From: an uncultured virus (IMG/VR IMGVR_UViG_3300032163_000924) | Lineage: Duplodnaviria; Heunggongvirae; Uroviricota; Caudoviricetes | Length of the DNA stretch: 64,000 nucleotides | Direction: 5' to 3' (one strand) | IMG/VR virus record: IMGVR_UViG_3300032163_000924 | Part shown: piece by piece, positions 1-9,853 of the stretch | Layout of the letters: each line of letters opens with the position of its first letter | Numbering within the stretch: the stretch's first letter is position 1 | Program-made: the position numbers and the translations under genes | The notes under the pieces: generated by a model | The model's input: the letters and a program-made list of their open reading frames with translations, nothing else | What the model was told of the DNA's origin: nothing | Database searches by the model: none

Positions 1-2
1 CT

Positions 3-692
3 TTTTCAAAAGATAACTTTGTACATTTGTTAATTGATAACGCATCTACCGATAATGCCCCTGATATATGCAAAATATTTACTAAAAAATATTCTAATAC
101 AATATATCATAGGTTTGATAAAAACTTAGGGCAAATGCCAGCTTATAATTGGTCTTTAAAATGGATTGCTGATAATTGTTCAGATGCAAGGGTTTTGGCA
201 CAACTCGATTCGGATGATATGTTAGAACCAGAAGCATTAGACGCTGTAAATAAATATTTCGAGCAATATCCAGCGATAGGTATGACTTATTCTAATTTTA
301 ATATTATTGGTCCAGCACCAAAAAACAAATTAAAGACATTTAGTCATCCAAAGGCAAAAGAAGCTAAAAATCAATTCACACAAGAAGGGCAAAAAACACT
401 TAGACAAATGCAGATAAGCGGCAATGTCGTTGGGCATTTGCGCGCTATGAGGATTAGTTCTCTAATAGATATAGGTGGCTTTGATGAAACTTATAGGTAT
501 AGTACCGATTATAATATGGCCTGTAAAATGCTTCAAAAATATCCGGTTGTAAAAATTACTGGAAAACCACTTTATTTGTGGAGAGAACATAAAAATCAAG
601 TACAGGCCCAACATAGTCCAGAGCAAACAAAAAATTGGCAAGATTTGCAAAAATATTATAGAGAAAAGTGGAAAAAGGAAGGACTTATATGA
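3..692 (+). CDS. Glycosyltransferase family 2 (5'-truncated by window edge)
   Basis: IDNASTD, QLDSDD (DxD), GGFDETYRYSTDY and LYLWREH motifs typical of GT-A/GT2; frame is open back to position 3. Confidence 0.85.
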   Translation, partial: FSKDNFVHLLIDNASTDNAPDICKIFTKKYSNTIYHRFDKNLGQMPAYNWSLKWIADNCSDARVLAQLDSDDMLEPEALDAVNKYFEQYPAIGMTYSNFNIIGPAPKNKLKTFSHPKAKEAKNQFTQEGQKTLRQMQISGNVVGHLRAMRISSLIDIGGFDETYRYSTDYNMACKMLQKYPVVKITGKPLYLWREHKNQVQAQHSPEQTKNWQDLQKYYREKWKKEGLI

Positions 693-1591
693 AATTATGT
701 AAAAAATGTAATCAAACAAAATCATTAGATAGTTTTTATCAAGCAAAAGGAGGCAGATATAGAGGTTGGTGTAAGGAATGCGAAACAAGATACAGAAAAC
801 AATATCAAATAGCAAATAAAAATAAAAACATTACTATTGCCGAAGAAAAGAAATGCGGTTCGTGCCTTATTACTAAAAAATCAAAAGACTTCCATATATG
901 TTTGGGTAATAAAGATCATTTATCAAATGCCTGTAAACAATGTAATAATAAGACAAAAAATAAACAACGGGAATTGAATAAAGCCAGAAATGATAGCGAG
1001 ATATCGTACCCAGATACGAAGAAATGCTGTGCATGTAAGGAAATTAAATTAAAAGAAAATTTTTCAAAAAGTATTAGAAATTCTGATGGTCTTCATGATA
1101 TGTGTAAAAAATGTTCTAATATCTCAATATCTAATTGGGAGAAAAATAATAAAGATAAGGTGGCAATCAAAAATAATAAACGTAGGGAAAGAAAATTACT
1201 AGTGGACGAAAATTTTAATGGTATAGAATTAGAAATAACGTATAAGATCTTTAATAATAAATGCTATAAATGTGGGAGTGATAAAGATCTGTGTGTAGAT
1301 CACAATTTCCCACTTTCAAAGGGCCATGCTCTTTGTTGCGCCAATGCTGTAATTTTATGCAAACCATGCAATTCTTCAAAGGGAACGCAAGACCCAATAG
1401 AATTTTATGCTACTGATGAATTTTTAAATCTGTGTATTTTATTTCAAAAAGCAACAAATTTGTATAACAGTATTATTTCAAATATTTTGCAAGATGGTGA
1501 GGAATATGATCATTCAAAACATTATACCGAAATGATAAGATTTTGGAATAACAATAAAAAAGAATTATTCGTGGAGAAAGGTTTGATATAG
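689..1591 (+). CDS. HNH homing-type endonuclease with repeated CxxC zinc-ribbon units
   Basis: Repeated KxCxxC...F...CKxC units, then CYKCG...VDHNFPLSKGH...N...LCKPCNSSKG HNH motif; ATG 689 overlaps the upstream TGA. Confidence 0.8.
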   Translation: MKLCKKCNQTKSLDSFYQAKGGRYRGWCKECETRYRKQYQIANKNKNITIAEEKKCGSCLITKKSKDFHICLGNKDHLSNACKQCNNKTKNKQRELNKARNDSEISYPDTKKCCACKEIKLKENFSKSIRNSDGLHDMCKKCSNISISNWEKNNKDKVAIKNNKRRERKLLVDENFNGIELEITYKIFNNKCYKCGSDKDLCVDHNFPLSKGHALCCANAVILCKPCNSSKGTQDPIEFYATDEFLNLCILFQKATNLYNSIISNILQDGEEYDHSKHYTEMIRFWNNNKKELFVEKGLI

Positions 1592-1770
1592 TGAATGATA
1601 TAACAAAAACAGTATATAAATGTTATCTTGGGCCTACTTTGGGTTATAGGACAGTATCTATAATGATTTTTGCGGAAGATGGCGGGTTATGGTTTTTCGA
1701 TAAATATAGCACAGATATCGACTCTATATTAAACTTTATTAATCGTTGTAGAGAGAAGAGCTTATTATGA
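1591..1770 (+). CDS. Small protein, KxxY N-terminal-motif family (59 aa, below ORF-track cut-off)
   Basis: GTG start overlapping upstream TAG; translates (M)NDITKTVYKCYLGPTLG...REKSLL; its stop overlaps the next ATG. Confidence 0.6.
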   Translation: MNDITKTVYKCYLGPTLGYRTVSIMIFAEDGGLWFFDKYSTDIDSILNFINRCREKSLL

Positions 1771-1955
1771 TGGCCGACAGTTGTAAGAGTTTGTATAGAA
1801 TGATTTTATTACACAAACCAATAGTAGAACAGCAAGATAATAAAATAACACTATCCAGATTTATTAATAATGTTGATGCAACCGTAATGGTTGTATTTTT
1901 TATTATGAAGGATAGACTACAATCTATATTTGATGTTATAGAGGAAATATCTTGA
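1767..1955 (+). CDS. Small protein, KxxY N-terminal-motif family
   Basis: MADSCKSLYRMIL from ATG 1770; coupled to both neighbours. Confidence 0.6.
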   Translation: MMADSCKSLYRMILLHKPIVEQQDNKITLSRFINNVDATVMVVFFIMKDRLQSIFDVIEEIS

Positions 1956-2938
1956 CCACATTTTACTTTAATCACAGAGGATCGTGGGGCGGTGGCGGCC
2001 CATCAATATTTGTGGCCAAGACAGATCAGGCACTCACTAAACTAGGGCATCAGGTTATATATGATAATCCACAAAAATCTGATGCGGCTATATGTATTGT
2101 TGAAACTGGTAAGGTTTTAAGACAAATAGATAGAAAGAAAACTAAAGTAATATTACGCTGTGACGGAATATATAATTCAATATATAATAAAAAGTTTGGC
2201 AGATCTATTAGGCCCGATATGAAGGCACTCCACGACAAGTTAAAAACTGATGTGCCAGCAGTAGATTGGGTTGTATATCAGAGCAATTGGTCAAGAGATT
2301 GTATAGAGAACGAAATAACTAAACGCGAAAGTAAATGGTCTATAATTCATAATGGCGTAGATACCAATTTATTCAAGCCCGTAATGCAACAACACGATGG
2401 CACTAATATATTTCATTTGGGCAAGATGAGAGATAATTATTTAATGGAGTGTTTAATAGGCACTTATCAAGAATTAAAACAAAGGCACAATATAAGGCTA
2501 TTATTGGTCGGTAGTATGGATGCTGCTTGTATGAATATATATAACAAATACAAAAGTGATAGTAATATCAAATATTTAGGTGCCTTTCCCAACACTAATA
2601 TTACCCAGATATTTGGCCAGGGAGATATTTACTTAGGGCCGCGCGAAGGGAGTTCTTCGGATAATGTAATAGCAGAAGCGCAAGCCTGCGGATTACCTTG
2701 TGTTATTCCAAAATTCGGCGGCAACAAAGATATGGTAATAGACAAACAAACAGGCATAGTGGTAGAGTCTAACGAATGGGATTATGGCCCAGCATATAAT
2801 AAACGACTGGCAGATGGAATAGAGGATATAATGAAAGATTTGGATGGATTTAGGGAGAGGGCAAGAAAACATGCAGTAGAAAACCTTTCTTTAGACAAAA
2901 TGGTTAATAAATACATAAATATATTACAAAAAGTGTAA
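1952..2938 (+). CDS. Glycosyltransferase family 4 (GT-B)
   Basis: GGGGP N-terminal loop, IHNGVDTNLFKP, EGSSSDNVIAEAQACGLP (Ex7E). Confidence 0.85.
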   Translation: MTTFYFNHRGSWGGGGPSIFVAKTDQALTKLGHQVIYDNPQKSDAAICIVETGKVLRQIDRKKTKVILRCDGIYNSIYNKKFGRSIRPDMKALHDKLKTDVPAVDWVVYQSNWSRDCIENEITKRESKWSIIHNGVDTNLFKPVMQQHDGTNIFHLGKMRDNYLMECLIGTYQELKQRHNIRLLLVGSMDAACMNIYNKYKSDSNIKYLGAFPNTNITQIFGQGDIYLGPREGSSSDNVIAEAQACGLPCVIPKFGGNKDMVIDKQTGIVVESNEWDYGPAYNKRLADGIEDIMKDLDGFRERARKHAVENLSLDKMVNKYINILQKV

Positions 2939-2960
2939 TTATAATAATGGGGCAAATTAA

Positions 2961-3311
2961 ATGGCAAGAAGTTGTGGGGCAGGTAGTATGAAGAGTTTAA
3001 TGGTAACTAAAGCAGGAGAAAGCGATTCTTTTCCTAGTTTGTGTTATTATATTTGGCTAAAAAGAAAGGTAGATAATAGGCTTACTTGGACATCAGAGGT
3101 TAATTTAAAAAATATGCTTTTATATACCGAAGATAGGGTTGTTAAAATTCAAATATATGATGAGGTAAAGAGAAGAACTTTGCGGAGATTTAATAGAGAT
3201 AATTTACCTATTATAGTTTCGGAGATAATTGCGTTTGCTAATATGTTTTATAATATAATTATGATTTTTGGCAAGGTATTAGTAATAGAGATAAAAAAAC
3301 GATTATTATGA
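2961..3311 (+). CDS. Hypothetical protein
   Basis: Fills gap on the coding strand and overlaps next start; no recognisable motif; start uncertain. Confidence 0.45.
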   Translation: MARSCGAGSMKSLMVTKAGESDSFPSLCYYIWLKRKVDNRLTWTSEVNLKNMLLYTEDRVVKIQIYDEVKRRTLRRFNRDNLPIIVSEIIAFANMFYNIIMIFGKVLVIEIKKRLL

Positions 3312-4054
3312 AAAATGATCTAACTATTATATCTGTGGTAGAAAATGATCGCGGCTTGATTAACTTGATGATCGATTCGGTAAGGAAATTTACCAAGCCA
3401 TCTCCGCATTTTATTTTGTGCGACAATGGACATAATGGCATAATATTAGAAAAACATAGACATGATCCTTTAATTAAAATAGTCCCGCATATACCAACTC
3501 TTTCTGGCGGATCTAACAGGCATGGGCAATCATTGAATAAAATATTTCCTATGGTTGAAACTGGGAAAACTGCCATAATAGAATCTGATTGTATTGTTTT
3601 ATCAGAGAAATGGCATGATTTAGATTTATCAAAATATAAGATGGCGTCGGCTATAAAAAATTACAATCAGGGTATAATGTGCTATCATATGTGTTTTATG
3701 CTTTTCGGAACTAATATTATGAAACACGGTGATTTGATTGATTTTAGGCCAGGCAAGGATAGTAATAGGGGCAATAGAAATTATAAGCCCTGGGAAGATG
3801 TAGGCTGGGGCATTCAAAAGAAAATTGGAGAAATACAAATTAAAAAATTGGATTTTGTAGATACGAAAACTGGTTTAGGCCAATATTTTGGGAGAGAATT
3901 TCAGTCTGATGAATTGTGGTTTAATAATATTCCAATAGTCGCTCATTTTGGTCGTGGATCAAATTTGGCTGGGAAAGCAATTCATAAGGGATTTGAAAGC
4001 CCAGAAAGACAATTGGAGATGTGGAAGAACAAAGCCAAAGATATTATAGGATAA
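3308..4054 (+). CDS. GT-A/GT2-like glycosyltransferase
   Basis: LTIISVV...FILCDNG N-terminal pattern and IESD (DxD-like) motif. Confidence 0.55.
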   Translation: MKNDLTIISVVENDRGLINLMIDSVRKFTKPSPHFILCDNGHNGIILEKHRHDPLIKIVPHIPTLSGGSNRHGQSLNKIFPMVETGKTAIIESDCIVLSEKWHDLDLSKYKMASAIKNYNQGIMCYHMCFMLFGTNIMKHGDLIDFRPGKDSNRGNRNYKPWEDVGWGIQKKIGEIQIKKLDFVDTKTGLGQYFGREFQSDELWFNNIPIVAHFGRGSNLAGKAIHKGFESPERQLEMWKNKAKDIIG

Positions 4055-4080
4055 AGACAAATACAATATGGAGTTGTTAG

Positions 4081-4800
4081 ATGAAAATTTTACATTTTTT
4101 AGTTGCTATGCTTTTATTCGTTTCTTGCTCTCCGAATATAAATATTTATATGCCAGAATCATCAACAAAAACTTACAATATAAAACAAGCTCATAAATCA
4201 GTTGGCGGGTTAGTTGTAGATAGAGTCGATAAACTTGCAGCATTAGAAGGGACTGCTTTTGCTATAGGAAGGGATTATCTACTTACTGCTGGTCATATTT
4301 GTGTGGCAACTTTAGAAGGCCAAGCAAATGGGATATTAGAAGATCATATTAGACTGCGAATAATAAAAGATGGAATTAAGGGAGAAATAAATAATATCAA
4401 AATAGTGGAATTGGATGAATTACATGATATATGTTTGTTAAAAAAGAAAAATCATGGATTAGTGCCCTTGGAGTTAGCTGATTATAGTATAGTAAAATTC
4501 AATGATACTGTTTGGATTGTTGGTACTCCATTTGGAATGATGCTTTCAAGTCAACAGGGCGAAGTAATGGATGTAGATTTGCAATATCCAGATCCCTTAA
4601 AGGGTAGATTGCTTGCTTCTGTTGCTGTTGCTGGAGGTAATAGTGGAAGTCCGATTATTAATGAACAAGGCAAAGTAATAGGAATGGCAGTTGTACATCT
4701 TACACAAATTTATGATCATTTAGCTGTTTGTGTTAAATCATCTGCTTTAAGAGAATTTTTAGATGCTACAGGACATAAAGGAATAGGCAAGCAAAAATAA
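4081..4800 (+). CDS. Trypsin-like (S1) serine protease, predicted lipoprotein
   Basis: LTAGH, DICLL and GNSGSP catalytic triad motifs; signal peptide ending LLFVSC. Confidence 0.85.
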   Translation: MKILHFLVAMLLFVSCSPNINIYMPESSTKTYNIKQAHKSVGGLVVDRVDKLAALEGTAFAIGRDYLLTAGHICVATLEGQANGILEDHIRLRIIKDGIKGEINNIKIVELDELHDICLLKKKNHGLVPLELADYSIVKFNDTVWIVGTPFGMMLSSQQGEVMDVDLQYPDPLKGRLLASVAVAGGNSGSPIINEQGKVIGMAVVHLTQIYDHLAVCVKSSALREFLDATGHKGIGKQK

Positions 4801-4818
4801 AAACATAGGAGTATTATT

Positions 4819-5538
4819 ATGCGAATATTAATCGCTTTATTGGGCTTGCTATATATAAATGCATGCGCAGTAAATATATGTATGCCAGAAGCTAAAGTTC
4901 AAGCGATAGGTAATAAGTATGATATAGGTCAAGCACATAAATCAGTTGGTAGTGTATTCGTGAGACAGATAAATGGTAAGTTAGAATTAAGAGGAACAGT
5001 ATTTGCAATCGATAAGGATTATTTACTTACAGCCGGACATGTTTGTGTGGGGATTGCACAGTTTCAAGATATGGGCTTGGCGGATAATAATATACGAATG
5101 GATACTGTACGAGATGGCCATAAAGGCTCACTAGATCATATAGAGATAATGGAAATTGATGAGCCCCATGATATATGTCTAATGAAAAAAGTTGATCATG
5201 GTTTAGATCCATTAGAACTTACGTCAAACTTTAATAAAGATTTAAAATTTCGAGATATTGTGTGGATAGTCGGTGCTCCATTGGGTATTGTGATGGCAGA
5301 GGCCGAGGGCAGAGTTATGGATGCTAACCCTAATCTCTCACCACCAGCAAAAGGATTATTTATAGTATCCGCCGCAGCAGCTGGTGGAAATAGCGGTAGT
5401 CCGGTTATTAATGAGCAGGGCAAAGTAGTTGGTATATTGGTTGCCGGCGTTGGAGCATTTGATCATTTAAGTTTTTGTGTTAAATCATCTACTGTTCAAA
5501 GATTTTTAAAGATAGTGGGATATGAAAGACGAGATTAA
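4819..5538 (+). CDS. Trypsin-like (S1) serine protease, paralogue of upstream gene
   Basis: LTAGH, DICLM and GNSGSP; hydrophobic N-terminus ending NAC; same length (239 aa) and collinear with 4081-4800. Confidence 0.85.
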   Translation: MRILIALLGLLYINACAVNICMPEAKVQAIGNKYDIGQAHKSVGSVFVRQINGKLELRGTVFAIDKDYLLTAGHVCVGIAQFQDMGLADNNIRMDTVRDGHKGSLDHIEIMEIDEPHDICLMKKVDHGLDPLELTSNFNKDLKFRDIVWIVGAPLGIVMAEAEGRVMDANPNLSPPAKGLFIVSAAAAGGNSGSPVINEQGKVVGILVAGVGAFDHLSFCVKSSTVQRFLKIVGYERRD

Positions 5539-5656
5539 AAGAATATATTATTCAGTATTATATGATAATCTTTTGATTGCAGAACTTTCTTTGGACGAAA
5601 CCTTATTATTGGTATTTGATAGTCAAAATAATTTCATAGAGGCGTTCGAGGTATAA
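5522..5656 (+). CDS. Small protein, KxxY N-terminal-motif family (44 aa, not in ORF track)
   Basis: MKDEIKRIYYSVLYDNLLIAELSLDETLLLVFDSQNNFIEAFEV; TAA abuts next GTG at 5657 and GAGG lies just upstream of that GTG. Confidence 0.6.
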   Translation: MKDEIKRIYYSVLYDNLLIAELSLDETLLLVFDSQNNFIEAFEV

Positions 5657-6658
5657 GTGTTGGCTGTAGTTATTAGAGATCTACCATACTTAAAAATACT
5701 GCAAAGTGTTGTGGAACAATTAAAAGAGCCATATATCTTATACCACTATGATACTTATAGGGCGGAAAAGGAATATTTAAGAGCGTCCAAAATTAATATA
5801 AATAAAGCGGCCAAATCAATCACAGAAAAGGCCCATAAAATAGTAGCCTTTTCTAATGATAACCAATTAAAGACTTGGCTGTTTAGAGATGACATAACGG
5901 AGTTAATAAGCGTAGAGATATTTCTATGGGCCAAGAAGTATATTAGAGAGTTAAAGGCAGGTGGTATAAAGCTACATAACTACCTATACTTAACTGATTC
6001 GTTATGGTTATCAGATTCCGCGTGCATTACTTCTTTTGATAAGATCTATTACCCTGCCCGATATATAAAGGAAACGCTATTAGAATTTTTGAATCTTAAA
6101 GAAGATATTGTTAGAGACCATATATATAATACTTTTACATCTATTCCTAATACAGGCAATAAGGTATTAGTATTATTACCCAATTTACAACAAGATCATA
6201 TTAATAAGGCTTTTGGCAGTAAAGAACGCTTTTTGCAAATCATAAAACAACTCGCACAACACCATACTCTTGTTTTTAAAGCCCGCCAGAAGCAATGGGT
6301 GCCTCCAGAACTCACGCAATATGGTCAGGTGGTTATGGATGGGGTTATTCAGTATCCACCCGCTATAAACGATTTATTCGCAAAGACTCATACTACCGTT
6401 ATGTTTTATTCTTCTGGTGTGTATGAGGCCGTTAGTGCTGGGCAATATGTAGTCAATATACCCATACCATTGGATCGCTGGAGTTGGGATATCGGCAAGA
6501 TGAAAAAGTATAATGTTTATAGTGCTTTATACAATAGTCCCGGAGTTGTAGAGAATGTTAGTCAGGAAGAGATTATTAACGGTAAATGGCAATTAGATAT
6601 AGGTAAGTATAATACAGTAGCTAGAGAAAAATGGATTAAGGAGTTTATTTCTTCTTAA
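5657..6658 (+). CDS. Putative GT-B-fold carbohydrate transferase
   Basis: LVFKAR and YSSGVYEA resemble the K.HP / SS...EA pattern of TagF/epimerase-like GT-B proteins; glycan-cluster context. Confidence 0.45.
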   Translation: MLAVVIRDLPYLKILQSVVEQLKEPYILYHYDTYRAEKEYLRASKININKAAKSITEKAHKIVAFSNDNQLKTWLFRDDITELISVEIFLWAKKYIRELKAGGIKLHNYLYLTDSLWLSDSACITSFDKIYYPARYIKETLLEFLNLKEDIVRDHIYNTFTSIPNTGNKVLVLLPNLQQDHINKAFGSKERFLQIIKQLAQHHTLVFKARQKQWVPPELTQYGQVVMDGVIQYPPAINDLFAKTHTTVMFYSSGVYEAVSAGQYVVNIPIPLDRWSWDIGKMKKYNVYSALYNSPGVVENVSQEEIINGKWQLDIGKYNTVAREKWIKEFISS

Positions 6659-7229
6659 GGGCAGATAATTGGATGATGCCTATACCGCCCCATTTTCTGC
6701 CTTTTATAATTTCGATTGGATTATTATATTGCGTCTTAATAGATTGCCAAAATCTAAATACAGTGCAATTTTGTTTTTTATGATGATTGGACTCCAAAAT
6801 ATCATGGAAAACTACATACCCATCAGGATTTAGTAATTTTTTGTAATATAAATAATCATTTTTAGCACCCTTAAACTTGTGGTCCCCATCAATAAACAGT
6901 AAATCAGCTTTTCCTAACTTATTTCTTTTAAGTACTTCCCCAACATTAAATTTACAAAAATCAGAGTGGCTATCTTGAGGCACTACATATAAAGTGCATC
7001 TTTCCGCTATGGGCTCTTTATTCCTAAAAAAATTCTGATGATCTACGCATATTAGATTTTTGGCGAAATAAGAAAAAGTACAAGCGCTTCCTCCTGTACA
7101 AGTGCCTATTTCTATTACTGTTTTTGGATTAACTATATTTAAAAACTTAATAAATTCTAACCATTCGGCATCTATTTGTTGTAGTCCATATTGCTCATTT
7201 GATTCTTTTAGTATTAGTTTGAAATCCAT
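6645..7229 (-). CDS. Class I SAM-dependent methyltransferase (Methyltransf_24-like)
   Basis: VIEIGTCTGGS, LLFIDGDH and VVFHD motifs; AGGAG ribosome-binding site upstream on - strand. Confidence 0.85.
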   Translation of the reverse strand: MDFKLILKESNEQYGLQQIDAEWLEFIKFLNIVNPKTVIEIGTCTGGSACTFSYFAKNLICVDHQNFFRNKEPIAERCTLYVVPQDSHSDFCKFNVGEVLKRNKLGKADLLFIDGDHKFKGAKNDYLYYKKLLNPDGYVVFHDILESNHHKKQNCTVFRFWQSIKTQYNNPIEIIKGRKWGGIGIIQLSALKKK

Positions 7230-7280
7230 GTGCTCTCCTAACTATCCCAAAATACTTCAGATTATTAGTATATTATAGTT

Positions 7281-7318
7281 TATAATAGATTTGTTTGTTT
7301 TTATATGGACAAATCTAT
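7281..7318 (+). promoter_or_regulatory. TATAAT box overlapped by a perfect 10-bp inverted repeat (candidate operator)
   Basis: TATAAT 7281-7286; ATAGATTTGT 7285-7294 and ACAAATCTAT 7309-7318 with 14-bp spacer, in the only divergent intergenic region. Confidence 0.5.
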
Positions 7319-7348
7319 CAATATTGTATATATAGATATGAGGCACCT

Positions 7349-8494
7349 ATGTATTCTATAAGCGAAATGGCAGAAAAACTCAATATCTCAATACAAACAT
7401 TGAGGAATTGGGATAAGAATGGAACTCTCGTAGCCAAAAGAAAGCCGTCGGGGCACAGATTTTATACTAATGAGCAATTCCTAAAAGCAGCGGGAAAAGA
7501 AAAATATATTGCTGGTGGGACTGATTTAGATGCTGTTAGGGGTAAGATTGTTTTGATTACGGGTGGCACTGGTACGTTAGGAAATGCTCTCACAGAACGG
7601 ATACATTCAATAGCTAAAAAGATCATCATATTTAGTAGAGGCGAATTGAAACAGGCTGAGATGCAGGAGAAGTTCGCTAGAAAAGAAAACATTAGATTTA
7701 TGATAGGTGATATACGAGATAAAGATCGTCTCATGTTTGCTTTACATAATGTTGAAGTATGTGTACATGCCGCTTGCATGAAGAGGGTTGACGCCTGTTC
7801 GTATAATCCGTTTGAGGCTGTAAAAAACAATATTATTGGGAGTATGAATATTGTTGAGGCTTGTATAGAAAATGGGATAAAAAGGGCATTAATGGTTTCT
7901 TCCGATAAGGCTTGTTCGGCAGCTACTTTATATGGCGGAACTAAATTTGTAGCAGAACAACTATTCATAAATGGCAATAATTATTCCAAACGAGATGGCA
8001 CAATATTCATGGCATCAAGATATGGAAATGTTATGGGCTCTAATGGTTCATTTAGAACTACAATAGAAACTCAAGCGAAAAATGGAAAAATAAAAATAAC
8101 TCATAAAGATATGACAAGATTTTTTATGTCCATTGATGAAGCCGTAAATCTTAATTTATTTGCATTAAATAATTCAATAGGTGGTGAAATATTTATACCA
8201 AAGTTAAAGGCGTCATCTTTATTGCAATTCGCAAAGGCTTTTGCGCCGAATATTCCGATTGAGTTTGTGGGCATTCGAGGCTACGAAAAAATACATGAAG
8301 ATTTGATTTCTGATACCGAAATGCTATACACGGTAGATTGTGATGATTACTACAAAATACTTCCTCCGCCAGATACATGCGGTGTAGGAACAAAGTGGGA
8401 CATAAATTATCCAAAGGAACCTGTAATAAAACCATTTAGATATTCTTCTGATAAAGTAGAGAAACTGACTACCGAAGAACTAAGAGAACTTTGA
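7349..8494 (+). CDS. pseB: MerR/IS607-type HTH fused to UDP-GlcNAc 4,6-dehydratase (PseB/FlaA1 family)
   Basis: N-terminal YSISEMAEKLNISIQTLRNWD...PSGHRFY HTH; ITGGTGTLG, GDIRD, HAACMKRV, SSDKA, YGGTK, RYGNVMGS, MTRFF and EKIHE motifs. ATG 7349 follows GAGG. Confidence 0.85.
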   Translation: MYSISEMAEKLNISIQTLRNWDKNGTLVAKRKPSGHRFYTNEQFLKAAGKEKYIAGGTDLDAVRGKIVLITGGTGTLGNALTERIHSIAKKIIIFSRGELKQAEMQEKFARKENIRFMIGDIRDKDRLMFALHNVEVCVHAACMKRVDACSYNPFEAVKNNIIGSMNIVEACIENGIKRALMVSSDKACSAATLYGGTKFVAEQLFINGNNYSKRDGTIFMASRYGNVMGSNGSFRTTIETQAKNGKIKITHKDMTRFFMSIDEAVNLNLFALNNSIGGEIFIPKLKASSLLQFAKAFAPNIPIEFVGIRGYEKIHEDLISDTEMLYTVDCDDYYKILPPPDTCGVGTKWDINYPKEPVIKPFRYSSDKVEKLTTEELREL

Positions 8495-8679
8495 TGGATC
8501 CAAGAATGATATTATGTTATATGTACGTATTTTGTAAATCAGAACCATTATCATTTGCTTTCAGTCATTATTCTAGCTCTGAGCAATGGATAGGATTATT
8601 TGGTAAAAAAGTATTACTCATTAGTGATTCTAATGAGTTTTTAGAAAAATATTTGGTGAAAGATGAAACCAGCAATTGA
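8494..8679 (+). CDS. Small protein, near-match to KxxY family
   Basis: MDPRMILCYMYVF (Tyr at position 9); start overlaps pseB stop. Confidence 0.5.
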   Translation: MDPRMILCYMYVFCKSEPLSFAFSHYSSSEQWIGLFGKKVLLISDSNEFLEKYLVKDETSN

Positions 8680-9853
8680 GGGTGGAGAGCCAACGCGTAA
8701 AGATTTTTTAGTATTTGGTAGACCTGACATACAGCAACCAGAAATCGACGAAATAACAGATACTTTAAGATCTGGTTGGCTAGGTACAGGCCCAAAAGTT
8801 AAAAAATTTCAAGAACAATTCTCTGCTTATCAGGGTATAAATCATTCTGTTGGTTTATTTTCTTGTACTTCGGGATTATTTCTATCACTCAAAGTTCTTA
8901 ATCTGCCAATAGGATCGGAAGTCATCAGTAGTGATTTTACTTTTACAGCCACAGTTGCTACTATAATACAAAATGGTCTAACGCCAGTATTAATCGATGT
9001 GATGCCAAAATACCAAACAATAGAGTATAACAAGATCGAACAAGCTATTACTCCAAAAACCAAAGCAATGGTAATAGTTGCTTTTGCTGGACTACCATGC
9101 GAAATGGATCCTATAATTGATATTGCAAGGAGATATAACCTACACCTAATACTTGACAATGCGCATGCCATAGAAAGCGAATATAAGGGGAAAAAACTTG
9201 CACAGCTAGGAGATATATCTAACTACAGCTTTTATTCTACCAAAAATCTATCTACTGGTGAGGGTGGAATGGTTTGCAGTAATAACAAGGAGATAATAGA
9301 TCATATTCAGATGTTAGCTTTACATGGCTTAAGTGCTGATGCTGCTCAAAGATTTAGTAAATCTGGGTTTAAACACTATGATGTGGTAGAGTTTGGTTAC
9401 AAGATGAATATGACTGATCTTACGGCTTCTTTAGGTATTCATCAATTAAATAGACTCGATGCTAATTGGATAAAGCGTAAGAATGTTTGGGATAAATATG
9501 TGAAAGAATTATCTGATTTGCCCATATATTTGCCGCATCCAACACCTGATTATATGAAACATGCTTATCATTTATTTACTATTCAGCTAAAGCTCGATAG
9601 ATACAAGGTAAATAGAGATTATATTTTATCTGCAATACAAAACGAGGGAATAGGTGTAGGAATACATTATAGAGCTATACATCAACATAGAGCTTATGCA
9701 CAGACATTCGGTTGGACAGATAAGGACTTTCCTAACGCCACTTGGTTATCAGAACGAACAATATCTCTTCCAATAGAGCCAAATCTAACTGAACAAGATA
9801 CAGATGATGTTATAGAGGCGGTAAGAAAAGTATTATTATATTATAGGAAGTAA
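8663..9853 (+). CDS. pseC: DegT/DnrJ/EryC1 PLP-dependent sugar aminotransferase (PseC-like)
   Basis: SGWLGTGP, DNAHA, SFYSTKNLSTGEGG, GYKMNMTD and ISLP motifs; directly downstream of pseB. Confidence 0.85.
   Translation: MKPAIEGGEPTRKDFLVFGRPDIQQPEIDEITDTLRSGWLGTGPKVKKFQEQFSAYQGINHSVGLFSCTSGLFLSLKVLNLPIGSEVISSDFTFTATVATIIQNGLTPVLIDVMPKYQTIEYNKIEQAITPKTKAMVIVAFAGLPCEMDPIIDIARRYNLHLILDNAHAIESEYKGKKLAQLGDISNYSFYSTKNLSTGEGGMVCSNNKEIIDHIQMLALHGLSADAAQRFSKSGFKHYDVVEFGYKMNMTDLTASLGIHQLNRLDANWIKRKNVWDKYVKELSDLPIYLPHPTPDYMKHAYHLFTIQLKLDRYKVNRDYILSAIQNEGIGVGIHYRAIHQHRAYAQTFGWTDKDFPNATWLSERTISLPIEPNLTEQDTDDVIEAVRKVLLYYRK

Noticed and set aside
668..1591. GT2 and the following HNH gene both end in GLI*, suggesting a target-site duplication
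   Set aside because: Unrelated genes ending at 31542, 35775 and 56825 also end GLI*. This is explained by an embedded SD (GG) plus an AT-rich spacer and overlapping stop/start, not by duplication.
7349..7500. IS607 element suggested by the TnpA-like HTH
   Set aside because: No serine-recombinase catalytic domain or TnpB follows; the HTH runs in frame into PseB.
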